Positions 50,118 through 60,661 of a stretch of DNA of 64,000 nt are shown here, one piece after another. The position numbers and the translations under genes were made by a program. The notes beneath the pieces were generated by a model, which saw only the letters and a list, made by a program, of their open reading frames with translations, had not been told where the DNA came from and did not search any database. Positions within the stretch are counted from its first letter, which is position 1, and every line of letters begins with the position of its first letter. The DNA comes from an uncultured Acidobacteriaceae bacterium. Lineage in GTDB: Bacteria > Acidobacteriota > Terriglobia > Terriglobales > Acidobacteriaceae. The DNA lies in the NCBI GenBank assembly GCA_963831675.1, contig CAWHRM010000011.1, positions 43,754 through 107,753 of the forward strand, given 5' to 3'.

Positions 50118-50909
50118 CTAACGTTGATAGTCAAACCAAAACTCCACAGCGACATAGTTTCCCGCATACTCTCGCGGAAGGGGACCGAAAGTGTCGATCC
50201 TTTGCAACGCCCGCATCGCTGACTGATCGAGCGACGGAATGCCGCTCGACTGCTCCACCCGAATATTGACCGGCTGGCCCGAGCGGGTGACCTCAAAATA
50301 GATGTAAACCCGGCGGGCGGCATCAATGCGCGGATCGATTTCATACTTCAGCCAGTTTTCCGAAACCTTACGCCGCACTCCGTCCACGTACCAGCCGAAG
50401 CGGCTGCCGAAATCTCCCGTGCCACCGGTGAAGCTCAACCCTCCCTTGGTGTCGCCCACCGCAGAACGACCCATACGGGCCGCTGACTGGACCGCCCTGG
50501 CCGAAGGGAATCTTGTTGTCCTCGACCTTCGCGACTTCCTTGGGCGGAGGCTTCTTCTGCGTGGATTCGCGCGGCCCCTTGGGCTTGGCCTCGCGCTCCG
50601 GAATCGGAATCGCTTTCGGCTCCTCCTTCGGAGTTTCCTTCGGCGGCGATTGCGCCAGACCCTTGGATTCGTTGGCCAGGACATTCTGCGTCTGCGTGGG
50701 AGGAGTTGGGCAGTGGAATGCTGCTGACCAGCGTCGCGCTCATCGCGCCGCCGCTCCCGGGAGTGCCTCCCCAATTCTCGCCGCGACCACTGGGAATCAG
50801 ATATGCCGAAGATGGCCAACGCGAATAGAACGCTGTGCAGTGCCACCGAGCCGATCAAGGGAGCTCGAACGTTGCCCCCGGCCGGGAAGATGTCAACGTC
50901 GGCTGCCAT
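50118..50909 (-). CDS. tolA: TolA/TonB-family protein; the listed ORF is open but its middle third is probably read in the wrong frames
   Basis: TM segment APLIGSVALHSVLFALAIFGI and TonB_C-like end GWYVDGVRRKVSENW...IYFEVTRSGQPVNIRVEQSSGIPSLDQSAMRALQ. The central Arg-rich stretch is replaced in the other two frames by GENWGGTPGSGGAMSATLVSSIPLP and then PTPPTQTQNVLANESKGLAQSPPKETPKEEPKAIPIPEREAKPKGP, a typical linker. Confidence 0.7.
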   Translation of the reverse strand: MAADVDIFPAGGNVRAPLIGSVALHSVLFALAIFGISDSQWSRRELGRHSRERRRDERDAGQQHSTAQLLPRRRRMSWPTNPRVWRNRRRRKLRRRSRKRFRFRSARPSPRGRANPRRRSLRPRKSRRSRTTRFPSARAVQSAARMGRSAVGDTKGGLSFTGGTGDFGSRFGWYVDGVRRKVSENWLKYEIDPRIDAARRVYIYFEVTRSGQPVNIRVEQSSGIPSLDQSAMRALQRIDTFGPLPREYAGNYVAVEFWFDYQR

Positions 50910-51321
50910 TCTTCTCCAGCGGTTGAGTCACGATACTGACATTGGTGATGCCGGACTGCTTCACCGCATCCATCACGGTTGCGAACGCGCCAAAGGGCAC
51001 GTTTTCGTCGGCACGCACGAAGATCGACTGGCCTTCGGGGTCCCGAATCTTCTGATGCAGTTGAGGGCCGATTTGGTTGATGTTAACCGGCTCATTGTTC
51101 AGGAAGACGCGCTGCTGCCGATCGATGGTGATGACCAGGCGCTCCTCGGTGATTTCCTTCACCGTCCTGGTGCGGGGAATGGCGACCTCGATGCCCGACT
51201 GCAACACCGGCGCCGTCACCATGAAGATGATCAGCAGCACCAGGACAACGTCCACCAGCGGCGTGACGTTGATGTCGGCCAGCGAGGTCTGGGTTCGTCC
51301 GCGTGCGTTGGTGAACGCCAT
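50893..51321 (-). CDS. tolR: ExbD/TolR-family protein
   Basis: ADINVTPLVDVVLVLLIIFMVTAP and its position between tolQ and tolA. Confidence 0.85.
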   Translation of the reverse strand: MAFTNARGRTQTSLADINVTPLVDVVLVLLIIFMVTAPVLQSGIEVAIPRTRTVKEITEERLVITIDRQQRVFLNNEPVNINQIGPQLHQKIRDPEGQSIFVRADENVPFGAFATVMDAVKQSGITNVSIVTQPLEKNGSRR

Positions 51322-52061
51322 TAGCGCCGCTCCACACTCTCGACCGCGCGAGCGCTGCCGCTCTGGGCGCGCTCGATTTCGTTCATCAGCTCCAGGCTGA
51401 AGTCGTCCATGCGCGCGCCGAACTCGCGGATGTGCTGGGTGAACATGTTGTAGGCGATGACGGCCGGAATGGCGGCGAACAAACCTGCGGCAGTGGTGAT
51501 GAGCGCTTCCGAAACGCCCGGGGCAACGGCGCGCAGCGTGGCCGCGCCCGCAGTACCCAGGCCGTGAAAGGCATCAATGATGCCCCATACCGTTCCGAAT
51601 AGTCCGATGAAAGGCGCGACCACGCCGGTTGTCGCCAGCCATGGCAGACGGCTCTCGAGGCGCGTCAATTCTTCCGAGGCGGCAATCTGGGTCGCGCGCT
51701 GCAACGCGGCCATGCGGATGGGGTAGGGCGCCTGCTTGCGTAACTCTTCGTAGGCGCCTTCAAACACGGCGATCAGCGGGCTGGGCTTGAATTGTTCGGC
51801 GACGGCGGCCACATCCTGCAGGCGGTCCGACTTTCGAAACGCGCGGATGAAGCGATTGCTCTGCACCCGGGCACGGCGGAACAGGCCCCACTTGGAGAAG
51901 ATGATGGCCCATGAAGCGACGCTAAACACCAGGAGAATGACGAGAACAGTCTTGGCGACGAGACCGCTGGTTTCAATAAGGCTGGAGATTTCACCGCCAA
52001 TGACCGAGGCGAGCAACGAACAATACACAGTCATTTGGAGTTGCAGGTCAGGCCCTCCCAC
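51321..52061 (-). CDS. tolQ: MotA/TolQ/ExbB proton-channel protein
   Basis: ...AKTVLVILLVFSVASWAIIFSKW..., LATTGVVAPFIGLFGTVWGII and ALITTAAGLFAAIPAVIAYN. The start is uncertain, either GTG 52061 or ATG 52034. Confidence 0.85.
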   Translation of the reverse strand: MGGPDLQLQMTVYCSLLASVIGGEISSLIETSGLVAKTVLVILLVFSVASWAIIFSKWGLFRRARVQSNRFIRAFRKSDRLQDVAAVAEQFKPSPLIAVFEGAYEELRKQAPYPIRMAALQRATQIAASEELTRLESRLPWLATTGVVAPFIGLFGTVWGIIDAFHGLGTAGAATLRAVAPGVSEALITTAAGLFAAIPAVIAYNMFTQHIREFGARMDDFSLELMNEIERAQSGSARAVESVERR

Positions 52062-52171
52062 TACTTCGCATTATAAGCATTAGACGCGCCAACGGCGGTT
52101 TTGCAGCGTGATGTGCCTCCGCAGTTAACCTCTTGTTCGCGAGTGAAACCATGGGGTTGAACTCGGCTCAC

Positions 52172-53098
52172 TTATTGCTCAGATTCTCTCTCGCCCAACG
52201 CCACGCGCACATGTCCTTCGGCCTCCTGCAAGAAGCGTTCAGCCTTGGTTCGAGTTACACGTCTTCTAACCATGACTACCGCGACGGGAATACTTCCGCC
52301 TGCTCTGCGTAGCGCTTTAAGGCTTTGCTCACGGTTAAGGCCGGTAGCTTGCTGCAGAATGCGGATGCCGCGTTCCAACAGCTTGCTGTTTTTTAGATGC
52401 ACGTTGACCATCAGGTTGCTGTATACGTATCCCAGCCGGGCCATCGCTCCGGTGGATAACATGTTCAGTACCATCTTTTGCGCAGTGCCGGCCTTCATTC
52501 GGGTGGAGCCGGTGACCACCTCGGGACCGAGCTCGACCACAATGGGGATTTCGGCGGCTCTTGCCAGTGGCGTATTCCGGTTGCAGGTAATCGCAATCGT
52601 GACTGCGCCGAGCGATCGTGCATGTTCTACTGCCGCGACGGTGTACGGTGTGCGTCCGCTGGCTGCGAGACCGACGACCACATCGCGTCTTGTCGGTTTA
52701 CGTTTGGCGATGTCGGAGCGTCCGGTTTCGCGCGAATCCTCGTTCGCTTCCACCGCAGCGCCCAGAGCCCGCACGCCGCCTGCGATCACGAACTGTACGG
52801 TCTTGGGATCGGTGTTGAAGGTCGGCGGACACTCGGCGGCATCGAGCGCGCCGAGACGTCCGCTGGTTCCGGTTCCGACATAGATCAGCCGGCCGCCATT
52901 GGAGAGAGCATCGGCGATGGCGTCGATGGCGCGAGCGATGTGCGGCAGCGCCTTCTTTACCGCCCGCGCCACCTTGGCGTCCTCGGCGTTGATGAAGCGC
53001 GCGATCTCCAGCGCGGAGCGACTGTCGAGGCCCTGGGTCCTCGGGTTTCGCCGTTCCGTGCCGAGTTCTGCAGTATCGGTCGCGGGCTTGTGTTTCAT
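52172..53098 (-). CDS. murQ: N-acetylmuramic acid 6-phosphate etherase
   Basis: TERRNPRTQGLD..., the SIS domain LIYVGTGTSGRLGALDAAECPPTF, ...VGLAASGRTPY and ...GSTRMKAGTAQKMVLN. Confidence 0.9.
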   Translation of the reverse strand: MKHKPATDTAELGTERRNPRTQGLDSRSALEIARFINAEDAKVARAVKKALPHIARAIDAIADALSNGGRLIYVGTGTSGRLGALDAAECPPTFNTDPKTVQFVIAGGVRALGAAVEANEDSRETGRSDIAKRKPTRRDVVVGLAASGRTPYTVAAVEHARSLGAVTIAITCNRNTPLARAAEIPIVVELGPEVVTGSTRMKAGTAQKMVLNMLSTGAMARLGYVYSNLMVNVHLKNSKLLERGIRILQQATGLNREQSLKALRRAGGSIPVAVVMVRRRVTRTKAERFLQEAEGHVRVALGERESEQ

Positions 53099-54243
53099 GA
53101 TTCTTCCAGCGCCTCGACGATTGCATCATGCACCATCGGCCGCACTCTGCCGAATAGCTTGCGACGCGCGATCGGGCCAGGTGCGGTTGGTCAGCAGAGT
53201 CACCGAGAGTTGGCGGCCGGGATCGATCCAGAGAGAAGTACCGGTGAAGCCGAGGTGTCCGTACGACGCCGCAGAGAAGTGAGCTACCGGAGGACGATTC
53301 GACGAGTGACGGCGTGTCCCAACCCAGCGCCCGCGTTGTGCCGGCCGGCGTATCTTCGCGGTGGGTGAAGAGCTTGACGGTGGCTGGCTGGAACAGCGGA
53401 GCTCCACCCCGCAGCATGCATTCGGCGAAGCGGGCCACATCGGTTGCAGGCGCGAACACTCCGGCATGTCCGGCGACTCCGCCCATCACATAAGCGTTCT
53501 CGTCATTCACCTCGCCTTGAACAATTCGTTTGCGGAAGGCGCGGTCATCCTCAGTCGGAGGAATCTCAGACTTCCATTCGGGCGGCGGCTTGAAGCGCGT
53601 TCGGGTCATGCCCAGCGGCGTGAAGATTTCCCGCTGCGCAAAGAGATCCAGCGGCAAGTCAGCCTCGCGCGCCAGTGCTTCGCCCAGCAGGATGAATCCG
53701 ATGTCGCTGTATTCGGCACGCGTACCGGGCGGGGCAACCAGCCGCGTGGTGAGCGCTGCGCGAATCAACTCATCGCGCGACTGCGCGCACTGAAACAATT
53801 TTTCATAAGCCGGTAAGCCGCTAGAGTGGGTGAGAAGCATGCGAACCGTCACCGCGGCGCGCTCCACCTGCTGACTGCGGCGATGCCAGCGAAACGAACT
53901 CGGGCAGGAAATGTGCGACCGGGGCGTCAAGAGTGAGCAGTCGTCGTTCGTAGAGAAGCATCGCGACGGCCGTTGTCGCGACAACTTTGGTCACCGAAGC
54001 CAGATCGAAGACGGTTTCGGCGTGGACTTGAGCGGAGCCTTCGTCGTAGGTGAAATGCCCAAATCCTTGCGAGGCGACCAGCGCTCCGCGATGCGTGACG
54101 GCAAGCGCAGCGCCGGGAAAGGCGCGTTGCTCGATTCCACCGCGAATGACGGCAAAAGCCCGGACAAACTGCCTTTCCTGATCGTCGAAGGCAGCAGGTG
54201 GAGCGAGGAACTGTTGTGACGATTGGTGCAGACTAGCCCTCAC
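53095..54243 (-). pseudogene. serine hydrolase (beta-lactamase/PBP4*-like family), at least 3 frameshifts
   Basis: SxxK in FDLASVTKVVATTAV (ORF 53821..54243), then VTVRMLLTHSSGLPAY...YSDIGFILLGE...GVAGHAGVF (ORF 52698..53984). This is followed by [27 protein letters not shown] (ORF 53126..53467). The predicted end [18 protein letters not shown] overlaps the murQ ATG in ATGA. Confidence 0.75.
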
Positions 54244-54328
54244 AGGTGTGCGGGATGCGCTCGCAACTTATAATAGCTTGCTCCCCGAAACTCGGCAGGT
54301 TCGTCGAACTAGAAAGGGTCCGCATCCA

Positions 54329-56750
54329 TTGAGCCTTCGTCTTCGCTGGGCAATCGTCGCCCTGGTTCCATTTGTTTTCTTGTTGATAAGCGGCGCATCT
54401 GTTGTGGCGCAGAATCCCCCAGCCACAACTCCCTCCACAGGTTCCGCCAGCACCGATCAGGCGCATTTCGCGCCGCTGGATGCGCTGCTGCGAGATGCGG
54501 TGGAGAAGGGAAATGCTCCCGGAGCGGTGCTCCTGGTTGGTCATAACGGAGCGGTGGTCTATCGCAAGGCCTACGGCAATCGTGCTCTGGATCCTTCGAA
54601 GGAGCCGATGACGCCTGACACCGTCTTTGACACGGCGTCACTCACGAAAGTATTGGCTACCACCACCTGCGTCATGCGCATGGTGCAGCTCGGGCAGGTC
54701 AAGCTCAACGATCCAGTGGCGAAATACATTCCCGAGTTCGCGCAGAATGGAAAGAGCGACGTCACCGTTCGCCAGTTAATGACGCATTACTCCGGGCTGC
54801 GTCCCGACCTCGACTTGAAGCCATATTGGCGCGGACCGGACGAAGGGTATGCCCGGGCCAACGCCGAGAAGCTGGTGAATCCCCCCGGCTCGGTTTTTGT
54901 GTACAGCGACATCAACTTCATCGTGCTTGGCGAACTGGTGCAACGGGTGAGCGGCATGCCGCTTAATCAGTACGCACAAACCTATGTCTTCGGTCCGCTG
55001 GGCATGACCATGACAACCTTCAATCCGCCGGAAACCTGGATTCCACGCATTGCTCCCACCGAGCACGATGAGCGCACCGGATCCTTGTTGCGCGGCGTGG
55101 TGCATGATCCTACGGCGCGAGCGATGGGTGGAATCGCGGGACACGCCGGAGTGTTCTCCACTGCCGATGACCTGGCGAAGTTCGCCCAGGCAATGCTGAA
55201 TGGCGGTGCGCCAATCCTGTCGCCGTGGATCGTGGAGAAGATGACCACGCCGCAGCAACCTCCGAACCTGACCGCCGTCCGCGGGTTGGGCTGGGACATC
55301 GATTCGCCATTTTCCTCCAACCGCGGCGATCTGCTGCCGGTCGGCTCGTTCGGACACACCGGCTTCACCGGAACTTCGCTGTGGATCGATCCCACCACCA
55401 ACACCTACATCATCCTGCTGACCAATGCCGTGCACATGAAGTACGGAAATGTGATCGCGTTGCGCACCGAGGTGGCTACAGCCGTGGCTGCGGCGCTGCA
55501 GCTCGCGCCCAGCGAGGAGCAGAAATGGCGCGTGTCGCGCATCACCGGTTACAACGAAGCTGCCGTGGCCAGCCGGCGCGTCGTCGTCCGGAACGGACAG
55601 GTGCTGAATGGGATCGACGTGTTGGAGCAGCGCAACTTCGATGCCCTGAAGATTGCTGGGACATCTCCTTCGCGGGTTGGACTGGTGACCAATCAGACCG
55701 GTGTGGACTCACACGGGCGACGCACCATCGATGTTCTGACCCACACGCCGGGGTTGGTGTTGGCGGCGATCTTCAGTCCCGAGCACGGCATCTTTGGTTC
55801 GGTCGACACCACCGAAATTCCTACCTTAAAGGATGAAGCGACCGGCATCACCATATACAGCGTGTACGGCAGCACCGATGCCAAACGCCGTCCTTCTCAA
55901 GAGATACTTCGAAACCTTGATGTATTAGTTTATGACATGCAGGACATCGGTGTGCGCTTCTATACCTACGAAACCACGCTGGGGTATTTTCTGGAAGCTG
56001 CTGCCAAAGCCGGCAAGCCAATCGTAGTGCTTGACCGTCCCAATCCGCTCACCGGAGCGTACGTTCAGGGTCCGATGTCGGATGCGGGGAAGGAAAGCTT
56101 CGTGAACTACCAGCCGGTTCCGGTGCGACACGGGATGACGATTGGTGAACTGGCAAAGCTTTACAACACAGAGCGGCACATCAACGCCAACCTCACGGTG
56201 ATCCCGATGAAAGAGCTGGTTGCGCGGCGACTGGTTCGATTCCACGGGGCAGGTCTGGGTGAATCCGTCGCCCAACCTTCGTAGTCTTGAAGCCGCAGTG
56301 CTGTATCCCGGAGTAGCCCTGATCGAAGCGACGAACCTCTCGGTGGGCCGCGGCACAGACGCTCCATTCCAGTTGATCGGAGCGCCCTGGATGGACGCCC
56401 AGGAACTCGCGAGCTACCTGAACGCGCGCAACATTGCCGGAGTGCGGTTTGTCCCCACGAGCTTCACCCCAACCAGCGGCCCCTATGCCCGCCAGCGGTG
56501 CGGCGGTGTCCACATCATCGTCATCGATCGGGAGACGGTGGACGCGCCAGAGTTGGGGATTGAACTGGCGGCCGCACTGCACAAGCTGTCGCCGCTCGGT
56601 TTCGATATGGAACGCATGAATCAGTTGCTGGCTAATCAGGCGGTGTTTGCGGCGGTGAAGGCCGGAGAGGATCCGCGGCGCATCGCTGACGATTGGCGCG
56701 ATGCGGTCGATCAGTTTATGCAAGTTCGAACTAAATACCTGATCTACTGA
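54329..56750 (+). pseudogene. fusion of a beta-lactamase-family serine hydrolase and a DUF1343/NamZ-like exo-muramidase domain, one frameshift
   Basis: Signal peptide LSLRLRWAIVALVPFVFLLISGASVVAQ, SxxK in FDTASLTKVLATT, YSDINFIVLGE and [13 protein letters not shown]. The DUF1343 part reads VGLVTNQTGVDSHG...LVYDMQDIGVRFYTY... The frame is lost at aaa 56210-56212; removing one a gives MKSWLRGDWFDSTGQVWVNPSPNLRS, continuing in ORF 56220..56750. The TTG start is uncertain. Confidence 0.75.
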
Positions 56751-57604
56751 AACTGGGCCTGCTGTCCAGAGACCGGCTTGGGCAGCTTTTCCTCGGTGAC
56801 GGTCAGACTGCGTTCCAGCACCATTTCGATGGAATCGCCCACACTAAGTTGAATTTCCGGCCCGCGAGTAAATAGCACCGTGGCCAGACCAATGGCGCCA
56901 CCGGCTGCCGCTCCGATGCCGGCGCCTTTTCCGCCTCCGGCGATGGCTCCAATGCCGGCCCCCGGAATTGTGGTTTCCGCGATCCTGGCGACGTCCTTCC
57001 CCTTGTGGCTATCCCCCTGAATGGTTCCTTCGGTCCCCTTCACGTCATTCTCTTGCGAACCTGGGGTTCCATGGACCGCACCTGGAAGGATGACGGTGTA
57101 TCCGTTGGGGTAAATCAGAGAATTGAAGCTCATCAGCAACTCGGCCCGTCCTTTGACGTGGCCCGGGCGTTGCACGCGTCGGATTGTGCCTTGGACGAAG
57201 GTTCCCGCCGGAATAACGATGTGATCGTTTTGCACGATGGGAAATGCGGTTTGCGCGTAAACCGGATCGCCCACCTGCGCATTCTTTGTAGTGATGCCTT
57301 GCTTCAAGGTAAGGGGAATCTTGGTGCCGGCCGGGACTGTAACGAACTCGGGCGTAGCGCTATTTTCGCTCGAAGCCGCAGCCGGAGCGACCGTGAGTTG
57401 CGGTGCGCTCTGAGCAGGAGCGGCAGGAGCGGCTGAAGCGGCATGGGCAGGCGGAGCAGCCGGAGTGACAGCAGTGGGCCCCACCGTAGCGCTGGCTTGC
57501 GTTTTGGGCGGAGTGCGCGGGGTGAGCTGCGGCTCGTCCTGAGCTAAGAGTGTGGCCGAGCTGACTGCTACCGCTGCTCCAAGCAGAACGACCCTGAGCT
57601 TCAT
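56744..57604 (-). CDS. secreted protein with TrbI/VirB10-like beta domain and Gly-rich C-terminal segment
   Basis: GGAGGG precedes ATG 57604. Signal peptide MKLRVVLLGAAVAVSSATLLAQ, an Ala/Pro-rich linker, then VPAGTKIPLTLKQGITTKNAQVGDPVYAQT...IPAGTFVQGTI..., resembling TrbI-type domains. The function call is weak. Confidence 0.45.
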   Translation of the reverse strand: MKLRVVLLGAAVAVSSATLLAQDEPQLTPRTPPKTQASATVGPTAVTPAAPPAHAASAAPAAPAQSAPQLTVAPAAASSENSATPEFVTVPAGTKIPLTLKQGITTKNAQVGDPVYAQTAFPIVQNDHIVIPAGTFVQGTIRRVQRPGHVKGRAELLMSFNSLIYPNGYTVILPGAVHGTPGSQENDVKGTEGTIQGDSHKGKDVARIAETTIPGAGIGAIAGGGKGAGIGAAAGGAIGLATVLFTRGPEIQLSVGDSIEMVLERSLTVTEEKLPKPVSGQQAQFQ

Positions 57605-57669
57605 ATTCCCTCCACACCAACATGCGTTATAGCTCTGAAACGCTGGAGCTGGGCAAAAGTCGCGCAAAT

Positions 57670-58407
57670 TTACTTCAGCATATACAAGGCATTCACGTGC
57701 GCGGTCACGGTTATCTTCTGCGCTCCGAACTCGGCCGTTGGAGGAGCAGCGCCGCCGACCGCCATCGGCGCTGCCTCTCTCGCCATCATGAGGGGCCGCA
57801 CCGGAGTCGGCTCGAACGTGTCCACCGAAGCATAGGAGAGTTCTCCCAAAGTACGACCACTGGAGCCGGCGACTGCATTGGCCTCGTTATGGGCACGCCG
57901 CAGCGCATCTTCCACCGCTTTGATCTTGGCGGCATCCATGTCGTCCAACTGGTAGGTGATCGACTGGTTGCTGGTCACGTCCATGTTTGCCAGACCTTCG
58001 GCAATGGGTCCCACCTTGGAGAAATCCTTGACCTTGACACTGATGTCGGTATCGACGCGATAGCCGACCAGCTTGCGCTTCGGGTTCTTATAGTCGTAAA
58101 CCGGCTGCACCGCGAAGCGGCCTACCTGTGCATCTTTCGGATCGATTCCGTTCGCGCGCAGAAGCTGGCGAATCTGTTCCGCTGCCTGGGTGGCGCGTTG
58201 ATTAGCGTCCTGCAGCTTCTCTTCCTGAGCGGAGATGTTGAATTGCACCAGCGCCGTGTCCGGCTCCGATTCGAACTTGCCATCCGCGCCGATCCAGACG
58301 GAGTTCGGTTGCGGCGCGACCGCACGCTCCTGCGCCAGCAGCGGCGACGAAATGACGAATAAGCAAATTAAGATAGGTACAACGAGTAATCGATTTCTTT
58401 CTCGCAT
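57670..58407 (-). CDS. SIMPL-domain (DUF541) periplasmic protein
   Basis: Signal peptide LVVPILICLFVISSPLLAQ, then ...ALVQFNISAQEEKLQDANQRATQAAEQIRQLL...GYRVDTDISVKVKDFSKVG... Confidence 0.7.
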   Translation of the reverse strand: MRERNRLLVVPILICLFVISSPLLAQERAVAPQPNSVWIGADGKFESEPDTALVQFNISAQEEKLQDANQRATQAAEQIRQLLRANGIDPKDAQVGRFAVQPVYDYKNPKRKLVGYRVDTDISVKVKDFSKVGPIAEGLANMDVTSNQSITYQLDDMDAAKIKAVEDALRRAHNEANAVAGSSGRTLGELSYASVDTFEPTPVRPLMMAREAAPMAVGGAAPPTAEFGAQKITVTAHVNALYMLK

Positions 58408-58700
58408 GCTGCTATATAGACGATGCATGATCATGAGTGTAATACCAAGTAGGAGCAGCGTGGGAAGATCTATTCTCGATCGAGTAATCCCTGCCCTCAT
58501 GCCGGTCCCGCAAATTAACGACTCCTTCGAAGGTGACGCGGAGCCCGTTCCGTAGCAGAATTCCTAGCCTCAGCTGTGTGTGCGATGTGGCGGCACTGCG
58601 ATTTTCGTCAACGCTCGCTGGGCTCCGTATTCCGGAACCCGAAACAATCAGGAGTGCAGATCCCAAGGAGGCTATGAGGCGTCGTGCCCAGCCAGATCGG

Positions 58701-58988
58701 CTACAGCGTTGCGATTTCGTTGACTTTTCCCGCCATGCGGACATCGCGTTGGGTAACGCCGCCGGAGTCGTGGGAGACCAGTACCAGAGTGACCTTGCTA
58801 TAGCTGATGTGAATGTCGGGGTGGTGGTTGACGGCCTCAGCCGCTTCGGCAATCTGGTTGACGAAATCCATGGCTTCCACGAAATTGCCGAATTGAAAAG
58901 TGCGCTCGATGGCATTGCCATTTCTCTGCCAGCCCGGAAGCTTCTGCAAAGCCTGCTGAATTTCTGCATCCGAGAGAACTGTGCTCAT
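58701..58988 (-). CDS. pterin-4-alpha-carbinolamine dehydratase
   Basis: LPGWQRNGNAIERTFQFGNFVEAMDFVNQIAEAAEAVNHHPDIHISYSKVTLVLVSHD. An AGGAGG lies upstream of ATG 58988. Confidence 0.85.
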   Translation of the reverse strand: MSTVLSDAEIQQALQKLPGWQRNGNAIERTFQFGNFVEAMDFVNQIAEAAEAVNHHPDIHISYSKVTLVLVSHDSGGVTQRDVRMAGKVNEIATL

Positions 58989-59041
58989 GTGCTCACCTCC
59001 TTTGGAGCTCGGAACCACTGTAAACGTGCAGGGCGCCGGCG

Positions 59042-60139
59042 TCAGTTTCGGGTTGGCTTGCCGGAGCCGTAGCGTTTGGAGCCTGACTGGGCTTGGATCT
59101 CGCTGCGTAGTTCCTGCCAAATATGGTCGGAGATTGACTGGAACACCTTGACGATCTCGGGATCGAACTGCTTGTCCGACTGACGTTCAATTTCGCGCCT
59201 GGCGGATGAGATGGACTGCGCGGCGCGATACGGACGGTCGGAAGTCATAGCGTCAAATGTGTCTGCGATGGCAAATATCCGTGCCCCGAGAGGGATCTGG
59301 TCGCCTTTCAATCCGCGGGGATAGCCACTGCCATCGAAATGCTCCTGGTGCGAATGCACAATGTCGGCGGCCTCGTGCAGGAACGGAATCTTGCGCAGCA
59401 TCTGGTATCCGAGCCGGGCATGCTGGCGCATGATCGCCTGTTCTTCGGGGCTGAGGCGCCCCGGCTTTCGCAAGATCGCGTCCGGGATCGCCATCTTTCC
59501 AACATCGTGCAGGAACGCCCCGCGAGCGATGACGCGCACCCGGTCCTGCGGAAGTCCCATGGCGCGCGCGACTGCGATGGTGAATGCGGTTACGCGCCTG
59601 GAATGGCCCTCGGTCTCGGCATCCTTCAGGTCGAGCGCATCCCCCAGCGCCTCGAGGGTGATGTCGTAGGATCGCTCCAGATCTGTCAGTGCCTGTCTAA
59701 GCATGTCCGTCCGAGCCGAAACCAGAGACTCCAACTTGGTCTGGTAGGCAAGGTTTTCTGCCTTGAGGCGCCGGTTTTCTACTGCTCGTCTTACGGTGGC
59801 CAGCAACTGCTCGCGCTCGAAGGGTTTCAAAAGGTAGTCGTATGCGCCGTTGCGAATGGCGGCCAGAGCGACGGAAATGTCGTGGACGGCCGTAACCATA
59901 ACTACCGGCAGATTGGGATGTGCGAACCTGATCTTGGACAGCAGCGTCAGGCCATCCATCCCGTCCATGATCACGTCAGATACCACGGCTGAGTAGTTGT
60001 CGCCGGATTGCAGCAGAGTCAGCGCCTCCGGTCCGGAACTGATGGGGCGCGGCTCAAACCCTGCCTGGCTCAACACAGAGCAGATGATGTCCCGAATCGG
60101 CTCCTCGTCGTCCACTACCAAGATGCGCTCGTCGGCCAT
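59042..60139 (-). CDS. response regulator with HD-GYP domain (c-di-GMP phosphodiesterase type)
   Basis: The REC domain reads ILVVDDEEPIRDI...VVSDVIMDGMDGLTLL...VVMVTA. The HD-GYP domain reads HSRRVTAFTIAVA...FLHDVGKMAIPD...HQEHFDGSGYPRGL. Confidence 0.85.
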   Translation of the reverse strand: MADERILVVDDEEPIRDIICSVLSQAGFEPRPISSGPEALTLLQSGDNYSAVVSDVIMDGMDGLTLLSKIRFAHPNLPVVMVTAVHDISVALAAIRNGAYDYLLKPFEREQLLATVRRAVENRRLKAENLAYQTKLESLVSARTDMLRQALTDLERSYDITLEALGDALDLKDAETEGHSRRVTAFTIAVARAMGLPQDRVRVIARGAFLHDVGKMAIPDAILRKPGRLSPEEQAIMRQHARLGYQMLRKIPFLHEAADIVHSHQEHFDGSGYPRGLKGDQIPLGARIFAIADTFDAMTSDRPYRAAQSISSARREIERQSDKQFDPEIVKVFQSISDHIWQELRSEIQAQSGSKRYGSGKPTRN

Positions 60140-60661
60140 AAGATGAGACGTGATGAGCAGCGGCGCGGAAAAGAGTGACCTGCCACTACCTGACTAGATT
60201 CTAACCACTCTAGTATCAACATGTGACAAGCAAATTTTGGGGGCGGTCGCTGGCTACCACCGAAACAACCGCTCTCGCAGGTTTCGTCAAGTATTGCCCG
60301 CGAATTTTTGGTTGGAGCTAGGGAGAACTTACACCGCTCCCCTGATCTGCGGTTGGCATCCCGATGCCAACTTTCGGCAGGCAGAGGGCTAACCTGAAAC
60401 CCATGAGCCGACAAGCAAGTCCGCCTTTCTCTCGACTCCAATCGTCCACTTTTTGTTCCAGTTGCTTCCCGACCGCTTATTTTCAAGTGGTTACGGACCT
60501 TCTTCGCCCGACCCAGAAACAATTTTCGCCGAGAAGGGCAAGGGGATTGCTTGGTATCAGGTGTTTGTGGATTCAGATGGAGAGTGACACCGAGCGGGCC
60601 GAAGGCGTGGACAAAGCACCCGATGCAAGGGTCGATGAATGAATGATAAAAGGAGGAATTC

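Noticed and set aside
60340-60365. Hairpin gttggcat-ccc-gatgccaac in the divergent intergenic region between the HD-GYP regulator and the sigma factor gene. It shares ttggcatc with the lysS terminator stem.
   Set aside because: It is too short and isolated to call a regulatory site or repeat family, and no gene ends there that would need a terminator.
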